Of a stretch of 64,000 bases of DNA, positions 1 through 12,900 are shown piece after piece; the stretch's first letter is position 1, and every line of letters begins with the position of its first letter. This stretch comes from Rhizaria sp. SCN 62-66 (Eukaryota). The notes under the pieces were generated by a model. That model was not told where the DNA came from and ran no database searches. It worked only from the letters and a program-made list of their open reading frames with translations. Location: positions 1 to 64,000 of the forward strand of contig MEDY01000106.1 in the NCBI GenBank assembly GCA_001724265.1, written 5' to 3'. Both the position numbers and the translations under genes were made by a program.

Positions 1-603
1 CTCGATCTTGGCCTGACGGTTCTGCACGGTGAGCTTGACAGTGACACGGAGACCCTTGAAGGCCTTGGTGGCAGCAGCAACGTCATCGGCAATCTTCTTG
101 GCGGACTGTGATGAGTTGTGCGTGAGGGTTTTTTAGATCAAAAATGAAGAGTTTGTTTGGAAAATAGCAATTGGAAAATAGACAAAGACAAAGTATGTAG
201 CGAGAGGAAAGAAAGAAGGGCGAAAGAAGGGTTTCAGAGTGAGCAATGGAACCCCAGCAAGTAAGGATCACGAGACGTATTCATCACATCGAAGCTTTAG
301 AGCTGGCGATAGGGTGAAACGCAACGTACCAGACCGAGGGGACCGACCTTGGGGGCAAGGGCGGTAGCACCAGCAGCCTCACCACCGAAGCAGCGGAGGG
401 AGACTATTGGTGTTCCAGGTTGGACGGGACAGAACAGAGGGGGGAAAAGAGAGCGTGAGACGAGTTCGATCAGGTTTCAAGGAAATGAGAACAATGCAGC
501 ACATAGCAGGCAGCGTGGACAAAAGATAGTAACATTGGGTGATAGGAGAGATAGTCGTGAACGTACTGATAGTAACCTCGTTGGGGTCAAGCTTGGGCGG
601 CAT
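1..603 (-). CDS. RPL12: 60S ribosomal protein L12 (uL11), 5' part; runs off the window start
   Basis: Exons 603-567, 403-330 and 105-<1, joined by GT-AG introns, give [72 protein letters not shown], the typical eukaryotic RPL12 N-terminus. Confidence 0.96.
234..287 (-). ncRNA. candidate intronic box C/D snoRNA in RPL12 intron 2
   Basis: Box C GTGATGA (287-281) and box D CTGA (237-234) lie on the host-gene strand inside a ribosomal-protein intron. No rRNA target was identified and the terminal stem is weak. Confidence 0.35.
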
Positions 604-856
604 GGTCTTTCCAGAGACTTTAGAGCGCGGCAGAAGCGAAAGAGACGGTGCGGAGAGTGGGACGGATAAAGGGATGAGTCGTGCGCAATACAGTCACAAC
701 GAAATGGATTATGCCAAATAAAGCAAATAGATCAGCTCATTACAATCGCAATTAGCGATTTACAAGGTTTAACTACCGCACTTTGAGCGATAACAATGCT
801 TGGCAAAAAGGCCCGCAGTTCTTGACCGAAGCCTGAGGCAGCGACTAAACTTTGAG

Positions 857-902
857 GTCGGTCGGCCAAGCAGACCGAGGACCGTCCGACCAACCGACCG
901 AC
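857..902. promoter_or_regulatory. CCGACCG-rich inverted repeat in the divergent RPL12/GDI promoter
   Basis: GTCGGTCGG (857-865) and CCGACCGAC (894-902). The same core recurs in other upstream regions. Confidence 0.4.
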
Positions 903-1462
903 GAGAGAGGTTTCACACAGCAGCCCAAAGATGAGATGTGGTCGCGACTAAAGAATGGCTTTGTACTGCAGCAGATCGTCCTTCTGTGCAAGGAATTCTT
1001 TTGTGAAAGGCTTCAAACTAACGTGGGTGTGTTGTTCAGGGTATTGCAACGTCATTGGCGGACGGGAAGGGGGATTAAATGCTGTGTTAAGCAAGAAATC
1101 AACGACCCTCAAATCGACGTCTCTCGTCTCACACTGCAACCTCGATATCACATCCTTCATGGGCACAAAATAGCGTATATCAGCACTTTTACGCCACACC
1201 ATCTTTTGGTCAATGGGTATATCGACGTTTTGTGGCTTAACCCCGCTCTTAGTGCCGCTTTCTGCATCCTAAGAGGCGTGCCACAAGCACGAGGCCGTTG
1301 TTGTGAATCTTGACTGCTCATTCGGCATCATGTTTCACTCCCTCAATCCCCGCAAACATCGATGAAACGAAGGCATGCGACATCTGCGCTTTTATCTCGC
1401 CCTCTTTCACTTTTTTATCTCACGGACCGCTTTTACTTCTGTTGTTTTGTTGCGTTGACAGA

Positions 1463-3472
1463 ATGGACGAGGAGTACGACGTCATTGTGCTTGGCACCGG
1501 CATCAAGGAGTGCATTCTCTCCGCCCTTCTGGCCATGAACGGCAAGAAGGTTCTCAACATCGACAAGAACCCCTACTACGGCGCTGAGACGGCCTCGCTC
1601 AACCTCGAGGACCTGATGAAGAAGTACAAGGGCGTCTCCGAAATCGATGTCCCGAAGCACTTCGGTAACTACCGCCATTGGTGCATCGACCTCTGCCCCA
1701 AGTTCATGATGTCTGCCGGCAACCTCGTCAAGATGCTCATCTACACCGACGTCACGCGCTACCTCGAGATCGTCGCCGTGTCCGGCGCCTACGTCGTCAA
1801 CTCGCAGAAGATCCACAAGGTCCCCGCCACCACCTCCGAGGCGCTTTCTTCCTCTCTCATGGGCTTCTTCGAGAAGCGCCGCTTCAAGAACTTCCTCGAG
1901 TGGGTTTCCAAGTACGACCAGGCCAAGCCGGAGACGTGGGACAAGATCAACGCCAACTCGATGACCGCCAAGGCCGTTTTCGACCAGTTCTCTCTGTCTG
2001 ACGCGTGCATCGAGTTCACTGGTCACTGCCTCGCGCTGTACCAGAACGACAACTACCTCAAGCAGACCGGCCTCGACCTCGTCCACAAGTGCAAGCTCTA
2101 CGCCACCTCGCTCTCGCGTTACGGCAGCTCGCCGTTCATCTACCCCCGCTACGGCATCGGATCCATCCCGGAGGGCTTCGCGCGTCTCTGCGCCGTCTCG
2201 GGCGGCCTCCAGATGCTCGACAAGAAGGTCCAGGTATGTCTTTAAATAATCACTCTATCAAATAATTGTTGTATATCTAGATGATTTTTACGCCTACTTT
2301 ACTATATTTTAGTTTTGCTCTAGTTCAAGCATATCTTGGTCTTCATATATAGTCTCACCACTACTCTTCTTTTTTTTCGCATGACTGACTCCTCTTTAGG
2401 GCCTCTCGTACGACGAGGAGACTGGCCACGTGAACGGCGTTAAGGTCGACGACGTGGTCATCAAGACCAAGCAGGTCCTCACCGACCCCACCTTCCTCTT
2501 GGGCACTGACAAGGTCAAGAAGGTGTGCAACATCATCCGCTCCACCGTCATCCTCAAGAACCCCGTCCCGAACACCAACAAGGCCGGCTCTGCGCAGATC
2601 ATTATCCCGTCCAACCAGACGGGCCGCAAGAACGACATCTACATCGCCATCATCAGCGGCGAGCAGGCTGTCTGCCCCGACGGCTTCTACCTCGCCGTCT
2701 GCTCCACCGTCCAGGTACGCACTACTAAAAACAAATACTTGTCAGCATTGATCACTACTAATCGAAATTAAACTATCATATATATGCATAGTTATGTATT
2801 GTTCATGTTGTGATTTAGACTCAACGTACTTCACATTCATCATATTCACCAATTACTCCCTTACATTTCTCTTGAACAACTCTCTCTTTGCGCTCGACAC
2901 AAACAGGAGTCTGCCGACCCTAAGGACCTCGAGAGCGATCTCAAGGACGCTTTCACCTACCTGGGCCCCTACGTCGACAAGTTCACCTTCGTCAACGAAT
3001 ACCTCATCCCCACCGATGATGGCAGCAAGGACGGCGTTTTCGTCACTGCCTCCCTTGACTCGACCTCGCACCTCGAGCTCGCCACCAACGAGGTACGCTA
3101 CAACAGGGCATTAAAACAACGATTTATCCATGAAGATAAACATCTACCAATATGAAATTCTAATATTAAGTACATTGATGTCAGATTTATTATTCGCCTT
3201 TTTTTTTTGTGAGATATGTGTCTACCTATATCTTCTATTCCCCACTACTGACAAAACTCACCACAACTCTCTCTTTCCCTTGCCTTGCCTTCCCTTGCTG
3301 CTGCTGCTGTTGCTGATGTTGTTCTCATCTGCAGGTGCTTGCGCTGTACCCGCGCATGACCGGCACGGAGATCGACCTGGACAAGAAGCCCGAGCGCCGG
3401 AACCCCGACGCCGTGGCCGAGGAGGAGTTCGCCGCCCAGCAGGCCGCCGCCGCCGCAAACCCCGAGAACTAA
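1463..3472 (+). CDS. GDI1: Rab GDP-dissociation inhibitor
   Basis: Exons 1463-2233, 2400-2714, 2907-3092, 3335-3472. Motifs MDEEYDVIVLGTG, NPYYGAETASL, IDLCPKFMM and SPFIYPRYG-GSIPEGFARLCAV. Ends in TAA. Confidence 0.96.
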
Positions 3473-3947
3473 GCTAACTGCGGTCAGGACCTGGATCGGG
3501 ACGGCGACTTGAAAAAGAATTCGACTCTGTATGACCGTGAGTGTGTGAATCGCTGGGTTTTTTTGGAGTTGTTAAACGTGTTTTGTGTGTATGTGTGTGT
3601 TTATCAACGTGTGTGTGCTCTTGAAAGTTTGAAGGGGGATACATGTGTTGTTAAAGTTTGGATATTATGGTGATTGTGATGATTATAAGTTTCTTTAAAA
3701 CCAATCAACAAGAACAAAAGAATACATTTTGATGCTAGTCGTACGTACTTAGATACAATATTGTCTAGATCTTGTTCTGTATCATCAACATTTCTATTTC
3801 ATCATAAAATACTGAGTAACATTCATACATTCATCCCACTGACCCGAAAACAAAACAAAATAAATGAAAACCATCCATTTTCACAAACAAATGCAGCTTC
3901 ATATGAGTCGCATCATTTTACGACAATATCATGCTTCTCAGGTGTTT

Positions 3948-6473
3948 TCACTTGTTTTCGCTGCCGCCGTCCCCGCGCATCATCTGCGCGCGGTGCTTGG
4001 CGATGATCGCCTCTCGCTCCTTCTGCTGCGCCCGACCCTCGCGCCATTTGCCGGCCTCGCCCCAACGGGCCACGGCGCCCTTGTGGCCCTTGTAGTTGGG
4101 GTTGAAGTCCTTGCCGCGGACCTCGAAGTGCCGCTGCCCGACCGAGGGCACGCTCTTGGACGCTTGCGCAGGCTTGCGGAAGGTCTGGATGCTGCCGACG
4201 TACTCACCCGCGGCCGCCTTGGCCACGGTCGCAGTGATAGATGCTTCAGTACCCGTGAGTGTGGAACCCGTGGTGCCAGCCGCGCCGGGCAGGCCATGCT
4301 TGTACATGAGCTTGCCCTTGACGTAGACGGGCGCATCAGGCGCAATGCCCTTGCGTGCGCGCTCTTTGGCCTTGATCTCGGCGCGTCGCTGCTTCCGCAG
4401 GGCCTTCTTCTCCTCCTTGGACATGAGAGCGTACTTACCCTTGCCCCCCGCCATGGCGACGAGCTCGGCCTTGGACGCCTCGGTCTCATCCCTCCCGTCG
4501 TCGTCGTCGTCGCTGTCATCGTTATCGTTGCTGTTACGCCTCTTGTCTTTCTTGTTGCTCGCGGTGTCGCCCTCATCCTTGTTGTCCTTGCTGCTGCTGT
4601 TAACCGCGGGCTTAGAGCGCTTTGAGACCGGGGCCACCACCTCGCCACCGGACTCGCAATCACGCTTCTGCTCACGGTCACCCATAGACTTCTCACGCGC
4701 ATCGCCGCTGCCATCAGCGTCATCAGCAACAGCAGCGTTGTCAGCGTCATCAGCAGTATCAGCGTCGCCCTCAAGCCCCCGCTTGCGGTTGCGGCGCTTC
4801 TTGGCAACTGGCAGCCCCGCCGCCTCGGCCTCGGCCCTGGCCCGCAGCCTCTCAGCCTCAGCCTTCTCGCGCGCGGCCTTGGCGTCAAGCGCCGCCTGCA
4901 TGTGCGCCGGCAGCGGCTTGACCTTCTTCTTCTTGACGGCCATCGGGTTCGGCACATGCGGCACTCCGGCCTTCTCGGCGCGCTTGGCGGCCCTCACGGC
5001 GGCCGCGGCGGCCTCGGCGGCGGCGCGGGCGGAGGGGCCAGACGCGGCAGCAGAGGCCAGGTCCACCTTGGCCTTGGTCAGGTCGACGCCGGCCTTGGCG
5101 AGGATCTTCTTCGCAATGTTGGCCGTAACAGACATCGAGAGCCCCGCGGCGGCGACGGCGGTGAGGTCGGCGGCGGCCTTGGCGGCGGCGGCCGCGGCGG
5201 CAGCGGCGGCGGCAGCGGTGCTTGTGCTCTGAGCAGGAGCGATCGCCATTGCGCCATCGTTAGCGTTACTGATGTTGTTGTTAGTCTTGGCCAACGCGGC
5301 CACGGCTGCGGCGGCTGCGGCGGCGGAGGCTGAGGCCGAGGCGGAGACTGCGCTTTGCTGCTTGAGCCTGAGCTCCATCGCGTGGCGCACCGACGCCTCC
5401 GACGGCAGCTCAAGCATCGCGACGTTGCCGCGGAAGAACATGATCGGCACGCAGGGGATCTCGCGCAGCTCCGTCCGCAAAAAGTTGTGCTGGACGGCCA
5501 TGACGAAGCGGTCTGCGTTGTAGTGCAGCCGCTTGCCCGGGGTGTTGTCCTCCTCCTCATTCTTACCGTTCGCATTGCGACCGTTGTTGTGACCGCTGTT
5601 GTTATTGTTGTTGTTGTTATAGGGGGTTTTGAGTTCGGCTGCGGCGGCCTTTGACGCGTCTGAGACTGCGGACGCGACGGCGGCGGTGGCGGCGGCGTCT
5701 GCGGCGGCCTTCTTGGCGGCAGCGGCCTTGGCCTTGGCCTTGGCCTGGGCCTTGGCTTGGGCTTTGGCGTCACGCTGTTCAGCAGTCAGCTCGACACCGT
5801 CCTCCTCCTCGTCCTCATCGTCATCATCGTCGTCGTCGTCGTCGTCCTCGTGGTGGTCGTGGTCATCATCAGGAGTGTGCGAGTGCGAGTGCGAGGTAGC
5901 GTTGTTCTGCTGCTGTTGCTGCTGCTTGTTGGCGTTGTTCGCAGAGCCCGGGGCCTCGCTCTTGAGCAGCATAACCTTGATGCAGTCGTTGGGGTGCGCC
6001 AGGTGCTTGTGCTGGCAGCGGAGGAACGAGAACGTCTTGGCCACGGCCAGGGGCGCGCGCCAGAACTTATCCTCTGCGGCGCGTTGCTCCAGGTCCGAGA
6101 TGATGCACTTGGTCGTGTAGAGCTTGGCCTTTTCGTCCTGCAGGAGCTTAGGGATCTGCTCGGAGAGCTTGATGCCGCCCACAATGGCCGCGGCGATAAA
6201 GTCCGCGTCGACTGTGAGAGAGTGAGGCATGAACAACGAGGGGGAAACGATGGCAAAAGTAGACAGGTGAGTGCGAGGCAGAGGGCCACCGGGAAGGTGA
6301 GGAATAGTTGCATGTACATTCCTAACATAGATCAAGACGCAATTTCGTGATACTATAATGTGGTGTCTTTTCTTTGTTAACGTACGAAGCACCTTGTAGG
6401 GGCTTTTGAAGCCGTATGTGAGGTTGAAGAAGGCGAGGGCCTTCCGAATTTTCTTGTGGCGGAGCACCTTCAT
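3948..6473 (-). CDS. UTP23: UTP23/Fcf1-family PIN-domain rRNA processing protein with large low-complexity insertions and extension
   Basis: Exons 6473-6386 and 6211-3948. Motifs MKVLRHKKIRKALAFF..YGFKSPYKVLLDADF, YTTKCIISDL, RCQHKH..PNDCI, FVMAVQ..LRTELREIPCVPIMF and PNPMAVKKKK. Ends in TGA. Confidence 0.88.
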   Translation of the reverse strand: MKVLRHKKIRKALAFFNLTYGFKSPYKVLRTLTKKRHHIIVSRNCVLIYVRNVHATIPHLPGGPLPRTHLSTFAIVSPSLFMPHSLTVDADFIAAAIVGGIKLSEQIPKLLQDEKAKLYTTKCIISDLEQRAAEDKFWRAPLAVAKTFSFLRCQHKHLAHPNDCIKVMLLKSEAPGSANNANKQQQQQQNNATSHSHSHTPDDDHDHHEDDDDDDDDDDEDEEEDGVELTAEQRDAKAQAKAQAKAKAKAAAAKKAAADAAATAAVASAVSDASKAAAAELKTPYNNNNNNNSGHNNGRNANGKNEEEDNTPGKRLHYNADRFVMAVQHNFLRTELREIPCVPIMFFRGNVAMLELPSEASVRHAMELRLKQQSAVSASASASAAAAAAAVAALAKTNNNISNANDGAMAIAPAQSTSTAAAAAAAAAAAAKAAADLTAVAAAGLSMSVTANIAKKILAKAGVDLTKAKVDLASAAASGPSARAAAEAAAAAVRAAKRAEKAGVPHVPNPMAVKKKKVKPLPAHMQAALDAKAAREKAEAERLRARAEAEAAGLPVAKKRRNRKRGLEGDADTADDADNAAVADDADGSGDAREKSMGDREQKRDCESGGEVVAPVSKRSKPAVNSSSKDNKDEGDTASNKKDKRRNSNDNDDSDDDDDGRDETEASKAELVAMAGGKGKYALMSKEEKKALRKQRRAEIKAKERARKGIAPDAPVYVKGKLMYKHGLPGAAGTTGSTLTGTEASITATVAKAAAGEYVGSIQTFRKPAQASKSVPSVGQRHFEVRGKDFNPNYKGHKGAVARWGEAGKWREGRAQQKEREAIIAKHRAQMMRGDGGSENK

Positions 6474-6912
6474 GGTGAAGCCACTTTAAGAGAAATAAAT
6501 AGCACATCAAGGGGTGTAAAAAGAAAGACAGTTAGAAATGTGATGTAAATATAGCTTGGTGCTAACTAGAAGAATAATGACGAACAAATGAAAGCAGGAA
6601 TCGTTGACACCGCAGAGGGTTTGCGGAGGCCGTCTCGAAGCTCGATCGGCTCCAGTCAACGCTCGGAAGCCGGTGTCAAGATGGATTTCAAGTGATAGCT
6701 CTCGAATATTGGCATTTTATTGTCTATAATTGGAGATAAAGAAAATCTAATGTATCGATGTTCATATAAATCATATCTAAAAGTTCAAACCAAGTTGAAA
6801 TTTGTAAGAATAACCAAACGTGCATTGTTACAAAAGCACGTTACAACCCCCCAAACGCTTGCATTATATCAACACTATGAGATGCCAGAGTGATATTGCG
6901 GTGTGATATCAC

Positions 6913-9900
6913 TTACTCTTGGCCGTTAAAGCGCTGCTGCCCGTCGCGTGCGCGCAAACGGTTCACAAACGAGTCAAACGCACTCGCATTGGAGTTACCC
7001 CCAGCAATCTCGCTGATGTCACCATCAGCATCATTGTTACTGGTATAGCTATTGACGTTCGGATGGTTGTTATTGTTGTTGCTGCCAAGCGAAAGTGTCG
7101 CTGTCAGAGGCGTCGGTGACAGCCCTCCAACGCCACTTACAGCTGCCAACAGAGCACTTACATCTCCCCCGGCGGTACTTGGATTGTTGTTCGTAAGCCG
7201 CCTGCTCGCGACTTGATGCGGAGACATTGCAGACACAAAGCGGACCTTACCGACGCCGCTGTAGCTGCTGCCCGGGGTGCTGTCGCTCACACTGTCGCTG
7301 GCGCCGTCACGAACGCTCTTGTTATTGCTATTGTTATTCTTGCCCTTGCTGTAACTATTGCCACCGCTGTTGTTGTGACTGGTGTAGTTTTGAGCGAGGG
7401 CGGTGTTGTACGTCTGTTCAGACAGACCGACGTGCCGGGCCATTTCGCCCTCGAAGCCGATGCTACTGCTGCCTACACCGCGTCTCATGCCACTATTGTT
7501 ATGAGAGCCCCCATCCCCATCATCGTCGTCGTCATGATTGTGGTCGTTATGGTTGCTATAACCTGCGGTACCCGTGCCCACGCGCCCCACAGTCCTGCCC
7601 GTGGCCTCGGCCTTGGTCTGCGCCTCCTCGACCACGCTCTCCGCCACGCCCTTGTGCGTGGCCAGCAGCAACGAAATGCGGTCTGTGCGGCGCACAAAGC
7701 CGCTGCTGCCGGAGCGGCCGTGGAGGCCGAACCAGGCGGCGTCAACTGGGATGCCCTTCTCCTTCATCACGTCGCGCAAGATCATGTTCTCGCGCCTAGA
7801 AAGTGGGCGAAACCGCGACAGCGAATGAGCGAGTAAGAAACAGAGAGTGATGTGAGTGCTTGTCGGAGGTCAGAGGAGAAAGTGAGATATGCTAGAATAA
7901 AACATGAAATAGTCACAGTGAAAACAAGTTACACATTTAAATTAGATTAAAACCGTGCTAGAAATTGTGTGCTAGTATTTTCATATGACATACCGTGCGA
8001 GAATGACGCTTTCGCGCAAAGCACGCAGCTCGTCTGCCGCGGCCACCGCCGAGACGAGCCGTTGGGACCTGTCAGTGTTGTTGACGGCCTTCTGCTTCGC
8101 GAGCTGGGTGGTCAGGTACTGCGTGTAGTTAATGTAAGCCGCGGACTGGGAGGCAAACTCGCTCTTGAGGTCGCTCAGCTCAGCCTCCACAGCGGCGTCG
8201 TTACCAGCATTAGTATTGCTGTTGTTGTTGTTGCTATTGTTGCTGTTGCTGTTGCTGGCGTTAAGACTGCTGAAGCCCGAGCGCACCGCCCCCGCCGTCG
8301 CCGGCCTCTGCTGCTGCTGTTGCACACCGTTCACCGTAATCTGCTTCTGCTTAGGATTGTGTGAGTGTGGCAGCGGCTGCTTCGGCAGGCCCGAGGGCCG
8401 GGGCCGGCCGTCCGCAGTCGCCGCCGCCGCCACGGCCGCCGCGGGGGCCGCACCGTCGCGCGCGGCCTGCGCCACGCTGGCGTAGGCCTGGGGCCCAAAG
8501 CGACGACGCAGCTCAGCGAGCGTAGTCGAGTCCGTCGGGTCGGTCAGCTCGCGGTGGAAGCGGGACATGAACCTATTGTAACAATAACAAAAGCGGGAAT
8601 ATAACATGCATATGTGAGACTCGTAAATTAAAAACAAATAAATAAATGATATAACATGAACATATTAGAGCGTTTTGCTTCGTTTGAGTTTAACGTATAC
8701 GAAGGTCTATAAACCTAGACCTTACATATGAGTTATTATTATGAGGTCTTCTTCGTGCGTACCTCTGTTGCGCGGCTGCGACGCGCTCGTGCCTGGCAAC
8801 TGCGGCCGACAGCGTGGCCGTCGTATGCCGCATCGCGCGCAGCTGCTCCTGCGCCGACACAACCTGTCGCTGCTTGGTGAGGAACTCCTCGTCCAGCTCT
8901 GCGATAGAGCGCTCCAGGAGGGCGATGGCGGGGTCAGCGCGGGAGGCCCGCAGCTGGGTCATCAGCTCGCGGACTTGAACAAGCAAATCGGACCTATATA
9001 CGTACGTATTATTTAAAAAAAACAAATTCTAGTTAGAAAATGATATTTGTGTCATTATAAAAATAATCTCACCCCAGTTATCAATAATACAGCCAAGACA
9101 TCTCATGTTTTAGTTCCCATCCCTCTGTGGTTCGTTCGTTCGTTTCTGCTCTCTTTTTTTAGTAAACGTACCGGTTGTTTTGCAGCGCGTCGACCTGCAC
9201 CGTGAGCCTCGCCAGGCGCTCGTCCTTCTCCTCGCTCTGCGCCCGCACGCCGGCCAGTAGCGCCTGCGCCGCCTCGGTCTTCTTGCGCATCTCGCCCGCC
9301 GCCAGCGCGTCTTCGGCCCGGGCCGCTTCAAGTTCCTGAAGCCGCTCGGCCGACTCAGCCAGCTTCCGCTGCAGCTCCCCGATGCGCCCCTTAAACACAG
9401 CGTTGGTTTGCTTGAGGTCAAGCGTCTTCTGCGCCGTCGCCTCGATCACGGCCCGCGTCTCCTGCTCGTGCGCGTCCACCGCCGTATCATACGCGTCGAC
9501 TTCGTCGTTCATCATCGTGCTCAGCCGCTTGCGCTGCCGGGCAAGCTCCAGCGTCAGCGCCGCTTCGGTCTCCTCCCCGCGCGCGCGCTCCAGCGCCAGC
9601 GCCTCGGTCAGGGCCGCGCGCTCTGAGGCCCAGTCGGCGCGGGCCTGCTGGAGCTCGGACAGCAGACGAGACCGCTCCGAGAGGGACGCCAGCTCGGCAT
9701 CGCGCGCTCGGGTCGCCTCGGCCGTCAGGCGGCGCTCGTAGGCGAGCTCCTGATAAAAACAACAAGAAAACCCGTGGGCAGCAGAGGAAAATGAGATGAC
9801 TGTGAGCAATGGTCGGGTTGAGAGGAAGTCGTTTGTTAACACAAATGCAGCGATATTGATGTGATAGAACAAGATCGTGAAGCGAATTTTAATCGTATTG

Positions 9901-12900
9901 TCAAATGTAAAATACAATACTAAATCTGAGCATTATATAGTTGTTAAGAAAATTATCATAATATATGCTACGAAACCGCCGTACCTGCGCGGCGATGGTG
10001 CGCGTCATCTGCGCCTGCTGCTCCTGCATCCAGAGCCCACACCTGCGCTCCAAGTCCGCCAGCCGGGACTGGGCGTCGTGGCGCCGCAGCAGCGCGGCAT
10101 CGGGGGCCAGCAGAAACGAGTCGCCGTTGGCATCCTCGCCGTCGTCGTCGTCGTCGTCGTCGCGGTCATCGCTGTGACTTTCACTGACATCGTTATCATC
10201 ATGCTTTGGCGACTGCTGACGCTGCTGCTGTTGCTGCTTATTCGTCTTCTTCGCCTTGCCATCGCTCTTCCGTGCACTAATAGAGCTCGCTTTGGCGTCG
10301 TTGGTATTATTGCTGTTATCAGAGAGAGAGAATGGTGACTTGAGTAGCCTGATATCAGTGACGTTGCGGACACGGTCGCGCACGGCCTCGTCTAAGTACC
10401 CCCTTAGACGGTCCACCTCGGCCCTCAGCTGCAGCAACTCATTGCCCGTAACCAGCACCAGTCCCGTCGCACCAGCAGCCCTGCTTGTACCATAACTCCC
10501 ACCCCCACTGCCCATGCCCATGCCGATACCCATGGCGACAATAGCACTGCCAGTGGAGTTATACGGACTGACGGCCCCGGCCCCGGCGGCAAAACGGCCA
10601 AACGGCGGCGCAGCAGCACTGCTTGAAGTGTTGTTGCTACTGCCGATGGCGTTATGACCGGAGACTGAGTAAGTGTTGAACTGTAAGCACGTACTTAGCG
10701 AGCCCGGTGTAAGTACCAGGCTGCCGTCAGCCCGGTGGGGCGCCGGACGGACCATCGTCACGACCCCACTTACACCGCTACTTCCATGTGCACTTACATT
10801 CGCAGCAGCTTCGCTCTCAGCACCCCCTGCCTTAGCGCCAGCGCCAGTGGAGCTCGCACTGCTCCCCAGAACACCAGCACCGTTCGCGGCGGCGGCGGCG
10901 GCGGCTGTGGTGTTGCTGCTGGCGAGGCCGGTGAGGAGCAAGGTCGGTGACTCAAGCGCAGTAAGGATGAGCCGGTCAAGTACGACATCGCTGCTCGGCT
11001 CCGCAACGCCGATACCGCCGCCGCCACCAACGGCAATAGCGCTGATGCTGGTTTCGCTGCTGTTATGAGCACTACCGGTGCTGCTGCTGTTGTTGCTGCT
11101 GTTGTTGAGGGAGGGGGAGTGCCAGGTAACCGTGTTGTTGTGCGACAAAAGGTACGCCGCCCGCTGAGCCCAGAGCCAGGGCACCACCACCGACGACAAG
11201 GCGTGCACGAAGCCGTACCCAGTGCCAGGAGTCGAGCCGTTAGAGCCGTCAGAGCCGTTGGAGCCAAAGCCAGGAACAAGAGCATTACTTTGCGAAGCAC
11301 TGCTAGCATGTGTGCTGCTGTAGCTATTGCCGGAGTAGATCACCGAAGTCAAGCCGCCCGCCCGGTCGAACGCGGCCGCTACCGTTGGCGGCAGCGCCGT
11401 CAGCAGCGGCTCCGCGACTGCCGGAGCGAGAAGAAGCAGCAGGGCGCAGACGGAGGCCGCCTCGGAGGGCAGGGACGCGAGGGTCGAGGCGGCAACGGCG
11501 GCGGCGGCGCGGGCGGAAGCCAGACTGACGCCGACGCCAGCGGTGTGGCCGTGGCCGTGGCCGTGGCCGTGGCCGTGGCTATGGCCGCGTGCGTGTGGGG
11601 CTGAGGCCGTATACATGGGCATGGTTGTGATGTTGTTGGCGTTGTTGCTGTTCACGAACAGACCACTGTGACTCGTGCTACCAGTTGCATCATAGCCAAT
11701 ACTGCTACTATTGTTGGTGTTGGAGTTGGGAACGCCCGCCGTACTCGTGAGCGAGGGCGCGGGCAGTAGCGGCGACAGGCGGCTTAACATCATGTGCACG
11801 CGGTGCCGCGAGTACTGGCCCACGGCACGGATGACAGGGCCCGGAACCACACAGTACCCCACCTTACTGCTGCTGCTGTTACTGCTATTACTCGCACTGT
11901 TCGAAGGGGTATTGTAATAGTGGATGTGGTTGAGCGGAGTCAACACCAGCGACAAAGTGACGACTGCGATGCTCCCATCGATGCCCACCACCACAACAAC
12001 CCCCCCACCGCCGCCGCCGCCGCCGCTGCCCACGGTCGCGGCCGCGGCCACGGATATCCCGGCAACTGCGACGGCGAGCACGGGGATGACCGTGAGCGGC
12101 GCCGCCTCCCCGGCCAATCCCGCGGGCCAGGGAAACAGGGCCACCTCGCCCTGTCCAGTGCCGGCGACGAGCACGTCCACGGCGCCGATGCGCGCCAGAG
12201 CGAGCTTGAGCCCGGGAGAGTACTGGATGAGCCGCCGCGTAACGGGCCGCAGCAGCGAGAGGGCGGCAGCCGCAGGGGCGGGCAGCGCGGGCCGCGCGGC
12301 GGGTAAGTAGGGCTGGTTCCAGTGTAAGGGGGACGAAGACGGGATAGACGACGGCAAGGCGGCAGCCGCGAGAAGTGAGGCCGCGTTAGATGGTGGCTTA
12401 ACATGAGCACCGCCGCTGCTAGAAGGAGCGGCAGACGACTTAGTAGTGTTGCTAGCCGACGTCAGCGGGCGCTTCATGGTACTTAGACCAGTGTAAGTAC
12501 CCCCAGCAGCAGCACTCGCACTGACACAAAGACTCGTCTTATAGCTGAGGGGACCACAGCTATCAATGCCACTGCTACTGCTGGAATTGCTGTTGGTATT
12601 GCCAGTACTGTTGTTGTTTGAGGCCTTGGCAAGCGCGGCCGCGACGCGGACGGCAGGGAGGGTGCCGGGCACGGCCAGCGTCGGCAGCGCCGAGAGATCG
12701 GCCCGGGTCAGAGGCGGCAGCGGCAGCACTTGGCGCTGCTGCTGCTGCTGACGCTGCTGCCTCTTGTTGCTGCCTTGACCTGGACTGACGACGGCCAACT
12801 CACCGGTCGTGCTGTGCGCGAGTGTGGGGTTGGGGGTCGAGAGCGAGCGCGAGTGCGCGGGCGCCCATAGTGACGAGGCGGGGGAAGCGCCCAAGTGCGC

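Noticed and set aside
852-1313. 153-aa ORF between RPL12 and GDI
   Set aside because: TTG start, no coding-type codon bias, and it lies in a divergent promoter/5' UTR region.
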